DNA of 64,000 nt, from NCBI GenBank assembly GCA_013239625.1, contig MU054323.1, positions 7,615,220 through 7,679,219 on the forward strand. The letters run 5' to 3'. This document shows, in pieces, positions 27,591 through 41,019 of the stretch; positions within the stretch are counted from its first letter, which is position 1; each line of letters opens with the position of its first letter. Below the pieces are notes generated by a model. It was not told the DNA's origin, made no database searches, and saw nothing but the letters and a program-made list of their open reading frames with translations. Position numbers and translations under genes: made by a program. This DNA is from Lama guanicoe. Lineage: Eukaryota.

Positions 27591-28869
27591 GCCACACTCA
27601 AAAACCAAACAGCAACCTACCAGAGAAATCTTTTTAAACTCAAAATTAAGTGTTTTCAGAAAAATATTTGAAACAAGTTTTGGAACTTGAGGCTCACTCA
27701 TTAGAGCCAATTCTACATAGTTCACTGGGGTAATTTCAGGCTGTTGGATATTTATGTATCATCCACTGAGAAGGTACTACTTTTATAGCACTGAGAATTT
27801 TCCATATCAACAAATGCTTATTATTTTAAACAAGGTCAAAGGGTATGGACGATCCACATTAGATGCATTTAAATTTAAAGCTTCAGTAAATAATCTCTTA
27901 GTGTTTTATTTTCTCCTGAAGACAATTAATGGGCCCCTCTGAAGTGACTCAGAAATAATGAAGCAGTAACATCAAAATTCAAACTGAGCTTTATCTAGTT
28001 GAAGGACTAATAATTGAAAGACAGGTTTACAACTTAAGTTCCATGAAGTGGGAAGTTTGTCCAAAAAATGGCAATCCTTCTACTAAGGGAGTTTTTATTT
28101 TCACAATCATCTTTCTTTAGAGGAATTTCATTTCCAGAAGTAACAAACCGTTTTTTAGTTCTAAGTCCTTTCTTTCCACACCAAGTGCAGTCCACTCCTA
28201 ACTGGGCAGGCCATGGCTCCTAATTATATTCAAACAGCCCCCTAATCAAAGATGAAGAGTCCATACCTGAACCCTTCCCCTGCTCCTGGGTACCCTACCC
28301 ATCCAGATCCTAATAGTATAGCTGTCTTTAATATCTAACAAAGCTAAAACCTCCAACTAAGACACCAACCACCCCAGAGAGAAGAGAAACTCTCTCCCAA
28401 AGGTTTCTCCGCACATCAGTTAACACTGCCAAAGGCATTTTTCTCTCCAGGATACTTTTTAAAGGAGACATTTCTATACATAATCACCCCTATTCAGTAA
28501 CTTAAAACATATATATAAATGATGTTAGAAGGCAGACAGGTCTATGGTATTTTAAGTAACTTCAAGCACACTATGTATCAAATATCTGAATAAGCAGTAA
28601 AATTAACACTAGATCATGTTCCTGGAAAGAACTGATAATTTCTTACAGGTGAAAAAGTGTAATTTCACATAATTAATTTTTAAGACATTTTTAAAGCAGA
28701 CCAAAATTTAACAAAACCTTATCAGAAGATAAAAATAATACTTCTGAGTTGCTTCATGTTGTAGTGTTTATATTTTAGGGAAAAGGCAGAGCTTCACTTG
28801 GCTACAATCCTACAAAAAAAGGCAACAGAAAAAGTTTTAAACATTTTTTCTGGTGTTGTTCCATCTTAC

Positions 28870-28916
28870 CTTGGCTTGGAATTCCATAAAGCTCTTCTCT
28901 GAACATTGTTTCCTGT
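28870..28916 (-). other. Candidate alternative exon in ASXL2 intron 5 (47 nt, ATG in frame with exon 6)
   Basis: ttttcag|ACAGGAAACA ATG TTC AGA GAA GAG CTT TAT GGA ATT CCA AGC CAA G|gtaaga; splice signals only, no transcript evidence. Confidence 0.4.
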
Positions 28917-31148
28917 CTGAAAATTAGGAACCAAAACTACAGAATTCTGAGTTCTTCTACCTTACACAGAAATCAATAAGCTAGTTTTAATATTGGACTG
29001 GATTTCAAAGTTCTGTTCTTTGTTCCTATTTGGCCGAAAGGTAGACCTACATCAAGAGTTTCTATCGATTTTCAACTAGAAGTATCAGTTGTGCTGTCAG
29101 AGCTCTTTATTTTTGTACATAAAAGGAAGTGGGTTTTGATACTATCTCAGTGTTCTTCCTGTCTTACAAAGCATTTGAAATAAAGTGATGTCAGACTGAG
29201 AGAAAAAGCCCTAAATAAGAACAAGGAATAGGCACACTTAGTTCGTTTTCCTTTATTAATAACTGCAACTGATTTAGAACTGCTCTGCAGTATGCTGCTC
29301 CTTTCACTGCTAACTGCATGTTTTCCACTTTAATTTGCACTGGATTACAAAAGCATTCATAAATATTTACTACAAACCTAGAATGTTACGTTTCTATGCT
29401 TATGCCATATGTACGACCCATGAATGAGAGAAGCACAACCTATGAGAACTAAATCATTCTTCATTATTGCTAGCTCAGCATTTATCCGTTTCTTAATATT
29501 AGAGTTGCAAGAGTAAATGTGACTTCCACGCATCATGCGCACCTCTCATCTCCACTTCCAAACTCCACGTGTGGCCCGCCTATTCTCAGTTTAATAGGTT
29601 ACAATTAGAAAAGATCTTTACTGAACATCTCAACGTAAACTGAGGATAAGTATTTAATATTGTGACAATTTCTAGAAGAGGAAGGAATCAGAGGTAGCTC
29701 AAAAATAATTTATCTGGATCATAATTTTGAAAATTCTATTACCTTGCTATTAGTATCTTCTACTACTGTGCTGGGTGTGGGGCAAGGTTATCTATCCACT
29801 AAGCTACTGACAAGGGAGTTCGGTTATTTCTTAGATCCTTCTGCATCACAATACATTTACCTACAATTCTTAGAAACAGCCTTTCACAACCATGTTACAG
29901 CCACTACTCAGAAAACAGCTACTGTGTAGCCTATGTGGCAAATGAAAAGCAAAGATCTCTAAGACCATGATTCTGTTCCCAGTTTACTAGTCTGACCTCC
30001 TTTAATACTGATTTCCGTTTCCAGCCACATCCAGAAAGTATGAATCTGTTTCCCTTGTCTGATGCTTGGTTCCTAATCTTAGATCAACAACTTCCAAACT
30101 TAGGAAGAAAAATGTCAACTGGGGAGGAGCAGAGGAGAGACACAGCCCTTAACACTTTTGGCTCCATTCCTCAAAAAAAAAAAAGGGTCTTCAGTGGACT
30201 CTGAGAAATTTATGGTCCTGGACACACCTCTTTCCACTACTGACAGGGATTACTTTAAATATATATTAAAAATATTGGTCACAGTTCCCAACTCTGTCTT
30301 GCCTTATTCCATTTGTTCTTAGCATATGAGGTCTGGGTTGCTCTCCAAGTGGTTGTGATCTTAAACCTAAAATCTTCTGGTTAAAAAATTTACCCAAATT
30401 GCATGTGTAGTAGCTGTATCAGAGAACATAGATAATGCTACCAATTATCTAAATTCTCTCCAGGAGTAGCACACTCAGTAACACAGACATGGTAATGAAT
30501 CAGATGATTCTTCTGATATAGTTCAAAATCAATAGTTCTACAGAGACTTAAAATAAATGAGTCAAGTATTCCAACAAACATAATTCTAGCTTCTAGATCC
30601 AAAGATAGTTCACCTGTAACTCAAACCTAAGAGGACACCGAAACAAGGGAAACTCTAGGATGTCTACTCTGCTCTGGAATCTCACTACACTGGTCCTTAT
30701 AACGCAACAGCATGAGCTGGCTTAAAATCTGCTTTGCTACGTACAGCTAAAATTATCAACATTGGGGTAAAAACGATTTGCTCTCTTCAAAAAGACTCTT
30801 GACAAGTAGCTACAAATAATCAGCAAGAATAGGTAACAAAATGTATCCTTAGGTGGAAAATTCATCCCCGGGAAACTGCAGTAACAAAGATGTTATTCCC
30901 TAAAGAAAGTTTTTGGGTAAGCTATGAAGCAGACACCAAGCAGGCGATGAGAGCAAAGACCAACAGACTAAATTTAGTCTTTGCTAGTAGAAATGAAAAG
31001 CATTCTTTTCCTAGTAAGGAGAGTTGTTAGAGCAATTAAGTGCTCAAATTTTAGAAGAGAGGATTAAAGAGGTAAATAAATTAAGAGCATCCTTTAAAAG
31101 GCTATGGGTGGCCAAGGACTGAAAATCAACCAAAGTAAAACCTAGGGT

Positions 31149-31352
31149 CATGCTGTCCAATGTGATGGCCACTAGCTACATGTGGCTATTTAAATTTAAG
31201 CTAAAATAAAATTAAAAATTCAGTTCCTGAGTCGCACTAGCTATGTTTCAAGTGCTTAGTAGACACATGTAGCTATTGGCTACTGTGTTGAGCTGGTCAG
31301 CACAGATACGAAACATTTCCATCCCTGCAGGAAACTCTACTGAACAGTACTG
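31149..31352. mobile_element. MER3-like hAT-Charlie element
   Basis: gctgtccaat ... gccactagctacatgtggctatttaaatttaa ... aaaattcagttcct ... aacatttccatc ... gaaactctactgaacagtactg. Confidence 0.8.
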
Positions 31353-31465
31353 ATCTAACTGGTAAGGGAAAGAGACTGACCCGGGGTCTGGAAAAAGAAG
31401 AATGACTAATAGGGGCATTTATCCTCCAGCATTCAGTACTTTATTGAGGGATCAGGTGGATTTAC

Positions 31466-31616
31466 CTTTCCTTTTCCACCTGCTCTTTTTTCCCTCCTTG
31501 TTGCTGCCACCATCACTGCTGCTGCTGCTGTTCTCAGAACTCTGGGAATCTGACTGACCATCACTGCTTTCTTCTGAACCTTCTGATAGCTCTTTCACCC
31601 CATCCGGCACATCTTT
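31466..31616 (-). CDS. ASXL2: ASXL2 coding exon (exon 5 equivalent): [50 protein letters not shown](V)
   Basis: 151 nt; ttttcag|AAAGAT ... AAAG|gtaaat; phase 0 to 1; acidic Ser-rich segment followed by a basic NLS-like cluster. Confidence 0.96.
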
Positions 31617-32239
31617 CTGAAAATGTAGGCATCCAATTAGGATTAATCATTATCATTTCAGCAAATAGGAATTAAATTTCTGATATGCATTGCTGTGACT
31701 TATTTGTGCTGATTAATTTTTAGTATTATAAGATTTAGTAGCAATATTTTCTGAATTCCTGTCATCTTTCTTCTTTGGGTCAAATTAGCTGATGTTTCCA
31801 TCTATACCCAAAGATAAAAATCATACATGACAATCTTATGCAGGTACGATATAGAGGATTAAATTAGACAAAAACTTGGTATAATTAAGTCCAAGTAAAT
31901 GATGAAATGTTCAGGATAAAAAAACTATATGATAACAATCTTTAAAAAATGTATGTACATCCACCATCCATGTACTATATATATTTGTGTGTATGTAAGA
32001 ACCATTACGTACTGCAAATTCAGTTAAGTATCTGGATAGCAAGAGACAGTGCATTATTTCAATCTAATTGGTTCCTGGAAATTGGTTAGTAAGTAGTATG
32101 AGTCAATACAAAAGGAATCAATAAAAAAAGAAAAGAAAAGAAAAGAAATCACATGAATCTTTGGTTTCTCCATTGGATAGTGAGAATGCTCATCAGAAAG
32201 GATACCTGTATCAGCACAGTATGTAACAGATGTAATAGG

Positions 32240-32488
32240 GTAGTTACAAGATCAAGAACTAGGAAATTAAAAGACTTTTGGGTTTGGATTCTGGATCTAC
32301 CTTCTCCTAATTATGCAGCCTTGGTCAAAGTCTTAAACTCTCATGCCTCAGTTTCCCTATCTATAAGATGGGGTAATAGTACCTACCTTAAGAGATCATT
32401 CTGAAATTAAATGAGTTAGTAAATGTAAAATGCTTAGAATAGTGCCTGGCATATGATAAGAGCTCAACAAATATTAGCTACTATTATT
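32240..32488 (+). mobile_element. MIR SINE
   Basis: Core gcctcagtttccctatctataagatggggtaatagtacctacct ... aaatgcttagaatagtgcctggcata. Confidence 0.88.
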
Positions 32489-32929
32489 TATGTAGTATAC
32501 AAAATATACACATATAAACACATTAGTGAATGTTATTTCTAAGTTATAAAACTATGGATGATACTTTTTTCCTCTCAATGTATTTTTTTGTTTTCCCATA
32601 TAATTTAATTTTTATAATCAGAGAAAAAACAATTCTGACATATTACCTCCTACCTATAATTTGCACTCAGGACATTATAGCCAAGATAGTACCCACTGGT
32701 CTAATAAGGAACTGTTTTTATTCCACTTATGTTTATACTTCAGTGCCATTTCACTCAGAACCATTTCTTATGTTACACACTTTCTTAAAATATATATCCC
32801 TTATTTTCCTATTCTTTCCTTCAAAATCCAGGAAACTTTATTATAGAGTTACTTGCCAACCAGACCTCTTGACATGTAAATTCAACAAGTATTTTAAATA
32901 CAAATAGAACTATCTTCTTAAACTTGTGA

Positions 32930-33690
32930 CCCCTCCAGGATCTACTCACACCCCAAATATTAGAATCACTGCACTCTTCTTTTACTCACTCCAAACAGTT
33001 TACATTTTCTCTAATGGTCCTTGCCTCCATCTCTTTCATCACTCTCATAGTTAAGGCCAATTATCGCTTCCGAACAATCACAACTATCTTTTTGACAAGT
33101 TTTCCTGCTCTACCCTTAAGTCTATCCTACTTGAATTATCGTCCTAAACATGGATTTGATCTTGTTATTCTCCTGAAAAACCTATGCCATTTCCTCAGAA
33201 CATACCCTCCCATCCTCCTCTCTCTCTCTGCTCAGTCAGGTTTTCAAAAGCCTCCAGTTTGTTCTTCACCTAACACTTACCCATCCTGACTCATTACCAC
33301 ACTACCTCACACACAGATTATGGTCTGACCACCCCAATTCACTCTACTTTCAAATCTCTTCTGAATCCATTTATCTGTGCCTCTGCTTAAGCTAGTCCCT
33401 TGTGCTGGAAGGCCCTTCCTCCCATTACTTATCTACCAAAGTTCAACTCAAGTTCAGTTTAAAAAAACAAAAATAAAAACAAACAAAAACTTCTAGATCC
33501 CTTTATTCAAGATTAATCTTTATTTCCCTGCATTATCACAGCACTTTACAGCACAGTATGTTTTGTCAGTATGCAATTGCAATTATTTTAGTAATGTGAG
33601 CTTCAAGAGATCAGAGACCATAGTTTTACCCTTCTCTATAGCCTCTACAGTGTCCAGTACAGAGTAGGCATTTAATAAACATTATTAATA
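32930..33690 (+). mobile_element. L2 LINE 3' fragment
   Basis: Pyrimidine-rich tract ending tgtgagcttcaagagatcagagacc ... agtaggcatttaataaacatt. Confidence 0.6.
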
Positions 33691-33934
33691 ATATGGAAGG
33701 TCTAGAAGAGCTAAAACCTAAAAGAAACACAGAAAGCTCCATATGGGACTAGATTCCTATAACCTCATGAAGCTCAGCAAAGTGTTTTAAAAGAAAGTAT
33801 TATAGGTAAGTCTGATCTTTTTAATGTTAGTGGGCTACACACAACCACTGAGCATAGCAAGGACTACAGCTTAAAGCTACATAGTTAAGAGGGGACAGAG
33901 TCCCACATACATATGGACATAGTCATTGCAAGCC

Positions 33935-34425
33935 AAACATTAATTTTCCTTCTGCTGACAGATTTCCTTTGGGAAACAACCCTCTCCTCAATTCATCTGG
34001 CTTGAGAGGGCTTAACCACACCTTCACATCAAGGGTGATCATGAACCAAAGAGTAAGTGGTCAATCAGAAGATTCAATATATTGGCAACGGCGACCATTC
34101 AGATATAGGCACATGGGCCAAGCCAAACCAATTAAGCCACATCAGAACTAACTAAAGGGTTCCTGCTTCAGTTCCTGAGACTTTCTCTCCACACTTACAG
34201 CTTGCAGAATGGGGGCTGGGACTGAAGTTAGGTATGATGAGGAGAGAGCCTACCTCAGAATGAAGCCCAAAGGAAGCAGAGAGACCCATCCCTGATGGCA
34301 ATCATTTGAGATCCTGAATTCAGGCTAACCTTTCCTAGAATTTTTAGTTATATGAACTAATAAATTACCTGTTTTACTCAAGATCATTTGTTTTTCCTTC
34401 TTGTAACAGAAAGGACACTGATAAG
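33935..34425 (+). mobile_element. Old MaLR LTR (MLT1J/K-like)
   Basis: tgaactaataaattacctgttttactcaag ... cttgtaacagaaaggacactgata 3' text. Confidence 0.5.
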
Positions 34426-34464
34426 TCAAGGTCCCTTTTCACTGCAGAAATCAGAAATTAGCAA

Positions 34465-34660
34465 GCCTCTTATGGTAAAAGAACATGGGAATTCAGTCAG
34501 ATCTGGGTTCATGTTCTGGTTTTGATACTATCTGGCCAACAATGGACAAGAAAACCCAATCCTCTAAACTTCAGCTTTCTCCATTTTAATAAAGCAATAA
34601 TAACCACAACTCTGAATTGTAATGGAAAATTAAATGAGAAAGTAATATAAAGCATCAAGG
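34465..34660 (+). mobile_element. MIR fragment followed by a short L1 3' tail (about 34670-34780)
   Basis: agtcagatctgggttc ... ttcagctttctccattttaataa; then gaatcattttgctatataattgaaactaaca ... ttcaataaaaaaa. Confidence 0.6.
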
Positions 34661-35067
34661 CTGGTGGAAAATGATCTGGAAAAAAAATGTACACATGAAT
34701 CATTTTGCTATATAATTGAAACTAACAATATCATAAATCACTCATGCTTCAATAAAAAAATTAAAAATTTTTAAAAAAAGGATCAAAGTTGTATGCTCCA
34801 CAGTAACACTCATTATTATTTAAATGGTGTGAAGCCCTTTAAAAAGTCACTGGAAGTCATCTTCATTTCATCCTTTCAAAATAATACTACAGCAAAGAAT
34901 GAAAAATGAAGTTATTTCTCTGACCTACCTACAGATGGTTACACATTTAAAAAAAAATTGGATACGGTGTTGAAAACTTTACCTCTTCCTAAAAGTGAGC
35001 TCTTCAAGAACAGAATTCTGTCTCTATAATGCAATTATTATTTATATGCAGTCACTTCCTGTTTTTA

Positions 35068-35295
<228 letters not shown>

Positions 35296-35750
35296 TTAAG
35301 ATAAAATTAACTGGTCAACACTCATTTGACATAGACACGTTATAAACTATAAAAAGTCCATCAATCTAAGGAGACTGTCACGAAGAAAACAGATATAAAA
35401 TTCATTCCCAAAAATCTAAAGAAAAAATAAATTCTTTAATTTTCTTAATCCTGATTCAGCACTTAACATTTAAGTCAAGAAAAATTTACCTCACAGAAGT
35501 ATTACAAATTTATTTTGTAAAGACTTTAATTTCACTTACAATTGTCTTTGTTAATATACCTCAATAAAATCAGATCTTTTTTCAAAAAAAAATCTTTTTC
35601 ATTTAGCACATGCTTTAAATGTCCATAAGTAAAACACAGAGGAAAATGAAAACACACACAGAAATAAATAGTAGTAATCTCCTTGCATACAGCTGCACCA
35701 GACTGAATCTGAGTCATGAAAGAATACATTTCCATGGTCTCTTGTATTTA

Positions 35751-35837
35751 TTTTTTTTAACTGAGATAGAATTGACATATAACATTATATTAATGTCAGG
35801 TATACAACGTACTGATTCCATACTTGTATATATTACT
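35751..35837 (-). mobile_element. Very short 5'-truncated L1 3' end with 17-bp TSD
   Basis: Direct repeat atggtctcttgtattta at 35734-35750 and 35838-35854 around a T tail plus gagatagaattgacatataacattatatt. Confidence 0.85.
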
Positions 35838-38814
35838 ATGGTCTCTTGTATTTACCTATCAGATCACTTTTTAAAGGTATAAAACAGGCTTTGGAATAGT
35901 CATCTTCTATGTAGAAACTTGGTTAAAATGTTTACTAAATCTAATATATATTTATCATATTTTCTAGAGTTTTAGGTATATTATAAATTATCTGTAAAAA
36001 ATATCTTTACTTGTATTATTTCCTTTCCAATTGTAATCAATTTCATTTGCCTATAGTAATCTAAATGGAGATGTGTGGCATCCTTAAATTCAAAAAAAAA
36101 AAAAAAAAAAACTCACAATACCCGAGCCCAGCTTATTTGCACATTTCCAGCTCCTCTCCCTCTAACTTCTCTGCTGGTACTACTCAAAAACTCAAAGAAG
36201 CCTACAGCAAGAGGCTGTTAGATATCTTGGGTACCTAAAGATAAGAGTTCTCTGTAGGGGAGAGCAGGGCCACGTGTCCACTGTCTTTTGGTATTGTGAA
36301 AAGTGCTGAGGGTCAAAAACTGAAAAGATGGAGGACAACAAAGAAAATAAAAACCTTTTGCTAAAAAACAAAATGCTGAGTTTCTCCAGGATTTTTTTTT
36401 CAGATATGTTTATTTAATTTAGATATTTCCAAGTTAAAAATATACATAAGGCAATTCTAGTCAGAATTCCAAAGTTTGCATCAAATAAATACATAAAAAT
36501 TGCCCAAGAAATACCTAGGAAATAAATAATGAGAGATTTGCCTACGACGTACACTAAGCCACTACTACTGAAGCAATATGTTTCTGGGGCAGAATAAATA
36601 GGCAAATGTGCACTCTTATAGCCTGCTGGTGAAACAAAATAGAAAATACAGACACAGAGAATCATAAATCTAAAAGGTACTAGTTCTGTGTAGTAGGAGG
36701 AAGACTGGGTCATGACATTGCCACCTGTGGTTTGATGACCTGGCATCTGTTCCCTCTTCTGGAGATGGTACCTAAAATTTCTTGTGAAACATTATCCCTC
36801 TCTCATTCTCATGAAATTGAGACAGACTTAACTCCATGGTCATCAAAAGTGTAAATCCAAGCTGTTAAACTAGCATTTCCTGATTGGAAAAGCCAATTAC
36901 CATTTCCATGTGCACTCCTCTCCCAACCTGCACAGTGACAGATTCAGGAAGATACATGGCTCATTCAGTGCCAGCAATCTAAGGAGCTGTTTACTTGGGC
37001 ATCTGGGAAAGAAACATGCTCTCCAGGGAAGCTTCAGAAAGAGAGCCTTTCTCTTCCCCTGAGCAGCATGAGGAAATAAACTTTCAGTCATAGGACCATG
37101 AGGGAAATATCTGGAATTGTGGTCGAACAACACATAGGACAGAGAAAGGAAGGGTGAAGTAACGATTATAGGGGGAAAAAATCAACACCCAAAAAAGCAG
37201 AGCTGAGAAAAGAGGAAAACAGCAATATATTTTTTAGCAATATTACTTCTGCCACTGTATCAAGCCTTGCCTAAAGCCAGTCGTACCTGTGGAATTTTGT
37301 TGAGGTTTTAAGTCACAAGCAACTGAAGGAGTTCTAAATAAAATAGTTTATTTAATAAGTAGTGCTGGCATATCATGTTGTACACTGGGAACAATAATTC
37401 TCACAGTATATATAAAAACATATTCCAAATGGATTAAAGGCCAAAATGTAAAAAGTAGAAGATATTAAAGGCAAACAGTACAATCTATAGGATAAGAAAT
37501 CTTTCTACATAAGAGAAAAACCCCAAAACCACAAAAGAAAACCCTAATGACTAGACAAAAATTTCTGTACAAGAAAAAGAAAATATCATCAACAAAACTA
37601 TACGAAGTATACAAAGCTGGAATAAGTAAATGTGAAACAAATGGCAGACAAAAAATGAATAGTTCTAACAGAACTTCTTTGAGGAAAACGCAAACAAGCA
37701 ATTAGGAAAAACAGATAAAGAATATGAACATGCAATGTAAATGGCCAACAGAATACATGAAAAGAAGCCCAAACTTAACAGTGGTCAAAGAAAAACAAAC
37801 GAAATTGAGATACCATTGGTCAGACCGGGAGAAATCAAATGGATTCAAGTCTTCGTTAGCAGTGCCGTACTAACGTCAACTTCCTGGTTTTGATCTTGTA
37901 CTACAGTTATATAAAAGATGTTACCATTGGAGGAAGCTGGGTGAGATACACATGTGACTATTTTTATAGTTTCCTGTGAGTTTAAAATTACTTTAAAATT
38001 AAAAAAAAATAAATTGATAAAATCCATTGCTAGTAAGGTTATGGGCAAACGAGTACTCTCACAGACTGCTGGTAGGACTGAAAACTGCTACCCTCTCCCT
38101 ACCCATTTCTCAATTCTGTTCTAGGAAAGTAACATGGAAATATCCACTAAAATTTAAAATATGAGCCACCGATCCAACAATCCTACTTCAATCTATCCTA
38201 CAAAAATAAGGCCATAAGGACTCCAGTATTGTTAAAAGTATCAAAGCACTGAAAATGATCTCAAAGTCAGTAAGAGAATGTTAGTATGTTAGTAAGGTAA
38301 CCAACAGGATATGAATCAATAGCAGCTACATTAACAACAAAAGGAGTGCTGAATTCCAGGAAGCATTCTGGTTAGCCCTCACAACAATCCTTTGAGGCAA
38401 GCAAAACTATGACACCATTTTTACAAATGAACAAACGAATGTATTGAGGTGTTAAGTAAACTGTTCAAGATCACGTAGTTATTAGTAAATAGTAAAGCCA
38501 AGATTCCAGTTAGAAGAAAGAAAACAAACAGAACAGGAAAGAGACTGCTTAAAAAGAATGTATAACCAACTGAAAAGGAAACATGCTATAGTCTAGAGTT
38601 CAATAACCTATCTGGTAAAGGTTTGCCCCAATTTTTGGTATTCAATTTTAATATTAAGTACACGCTCTATTTAGTACTGCTTATTAAGTACCCAATAAAT
38701 GAGAGTCTGTGGATCCAAAGAGGAACGCTTTCTTAGTTCAGCGCCTAATAGGAGACAGACAAGGGAACAAACTGCCACAGCACACTGTAATCAATCCTAT
38801 CAATATAGACACAG

Positions 38815-39100
38815 ATCTACAATCCCTGACAAAAACACGTAAGGCCAAATGTTTCAGACACAAAAATCTGTTTGGATCTTAGAAAGGCAACATGATATGC
38901 CAGAGAGATTAGAGACAGCAATCCCATAACCAAACACAGTGAAATACATGAATAATCACACGAAGTGGGATATACAAAGACTACATATAGTTTCACGTCT
39001 GTCCAAGAGAAGTGCTGCTGACAAATGAAGTTTAGTAACAAAAGCATGAAAAAAGTTTTCCAAGCACTTCGGATTTTGGAATTATGAATATAAATTAGGT
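38815..39100. mobile_element. MER46C-like TcMar-Tigger element
   Basis: acaatccct ... ggccaaatgtttcaga ... tttggatcttagaaagg ... ttcggattttggaatt; family recalled. Confidence 0.55.
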
Positions 39101-40071
39101 GAGAGAGAACGATTTAGCACCTAGATTAAAAAACAAACAAAAACAAACAAAAAAAAACCCAAACCAAAAACAAACAAAATATCCAATGCAACCAAACCAA
39201 ACCAAAAAAACTCCTTAAAATAAAACTCATAAAATGAAAGTAAATGGTGCACACATCTGGTGAAAAGATGTGGTAACAGAGACACAGACACCATCATCTT
39301 TTCCTTGCAAATCTGGTGTACTCTTCCTTTGAAGGAAACAAAGTTTTGAAAAACCCACTGTACTGTTTAAAACAAAAATTTAGATTTGATTTCAGGAAAA
39401 TATAAGAAGTCAGAGAATCCTGGCAGAGTTTATTTTCATGAATAATGAAGCAATGGCAGAGAAAACAGGCTACACTGCTCACGATGGCAGGAACATACTT
39501 TCAAGAGAAGTAACTTCAGAATTATATAATTTTAAAAAATAACTGAATAACTTGAAGGAACAGGCATCACATGCATGAGTGATAAAATCCCGATACTGAG
39601 GAAATCAATACTGATGTGACGTCAAGTAACAAAACGATCACGTAACTATCTTGAGGCAATGTAGCATCTAATTTTTCTTGACTATGCTCAAGACACTGTG
39701 GGGAGGGGACAGTTCTCTTAAGGAGAGGAACAAGTGTAGTGCTATAATTTTACACTGAATCTATCTCATGAAGGAAATACACTAAGATGCTTCATGCCCA
39801 AGGCCCAAGAACAGAAGTAACTTCAGTTATACTGCCAGTAAAAGTAGTTCCTTAGAAGTAGCCAATAGGGCTGAAAGATCAGAAGTCTATAATAGCATTG
39901 CTCAGACGAAACATGATATAGTAACTCATGAAAGAAGATATCACTGTGTGGCAAAGAGAAAAAAAAGAGCAGATTCGCGTATTCATACCAATCTGAATTC
40001 AAATTTCAGTGTGGCCATGGGTAAGTCACTCTATAAACACTCTTAATTTTCTCATCTGTAAAACAGAGGAA

Positions 40072-40199
40072 GGGGGAAGGGTATAGCTCAGTGACAGTGT
40101 ATGCCTAGAATGAACAAGATCCTGGTTCAATCCCCAGTACCTCCATTAAAAAGTAAATAAATAAGTAAATATACCTAAGTACCCCCCCAAAAAAAAACC
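40072..40199 (+). mobile_element. tRNA-Ala-derived SINE inserted in a MIR (about 39945-40300)
   Basis: gggtatagctcagtg ... ggttcaatccccagtacctcca; TSD acagaggaa at 40063-40071 and 40200-40208. Confidence 0.88.
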
Positions 40200-41019
40200 A
40201 CAGAGGAAATACCATCTACTTTGTAATTTGACTGTGCAGATTACAGATAATGTATATAAAGCATATGTCACAGAGAAGAGATTCAGTAATCGTGGTAGTT
40301 AGTTTAACAACTTGTTCCCCTAATCCAGTTTCATGTATTGCAGTGTTCCCGACCTATCTCAAGTGACAGTAATCTCACTCACCCCAACAATTCTCCACTA
40401 TGAAGCCAGACTGACCTTTTAAAAACAAATACAGTCATGCTACCTTAAAATTCATCCACAATATCGTAATGTTCTTAGAATAAAGTCTAGAACTATCAAT
40501 ATGATTTGACTCCCACACTCTCTCTGCTCTGATTTACTCTAGTCTTCTTTCCATTTATAACTTAGAATTCGTCTGACTTCTTTGTACTGGCCTTTGTACT
40601 GGCTAATGATTCTGCCTAGAGTGTTACAAGAGATGAGCGAAAGATGAAGAAGCTGGGAAGATCTAGTAGTTTTAGAAAGAGTATGTTAAGATCGTATCAA
40701 CAAAACTTTTAACCATTTAAATTATATGGCAACGATTTTAGGAGGAAAACTAGCTTTTCACATATAAAGGCAATCATGACATTTTGATGATAATTTGAAA
40801 AGTCTGTTACATCAGAGTGTATTTTCAAATGGAACTGAAAGGGCTTTGCAGATCTTTGATAGAGTATCTTACATGTTAAAATTTACCTTTAATCTAAAGT
40901 ATATTTGATAAACAATTCATTATACCTCAAATCTGTTAGATACCAACACTAAAGACTTCTCTTAATGCTGTTTGTGCAGTAATTAAACTGCTACTTTCTA
41001 CTCAAGCAATAAAATAAAT

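Noticed and set aside
31516..31530. CTG repeat in exon 5
   Set aside because: It encodes the ordinary Ser run (AGC codons) and matches the recalled human length.
32530..32907. 125-aa hydrophobic ORF
   Set aside because: Composition follows the T-rich intron between repeats; no coding or splice support.
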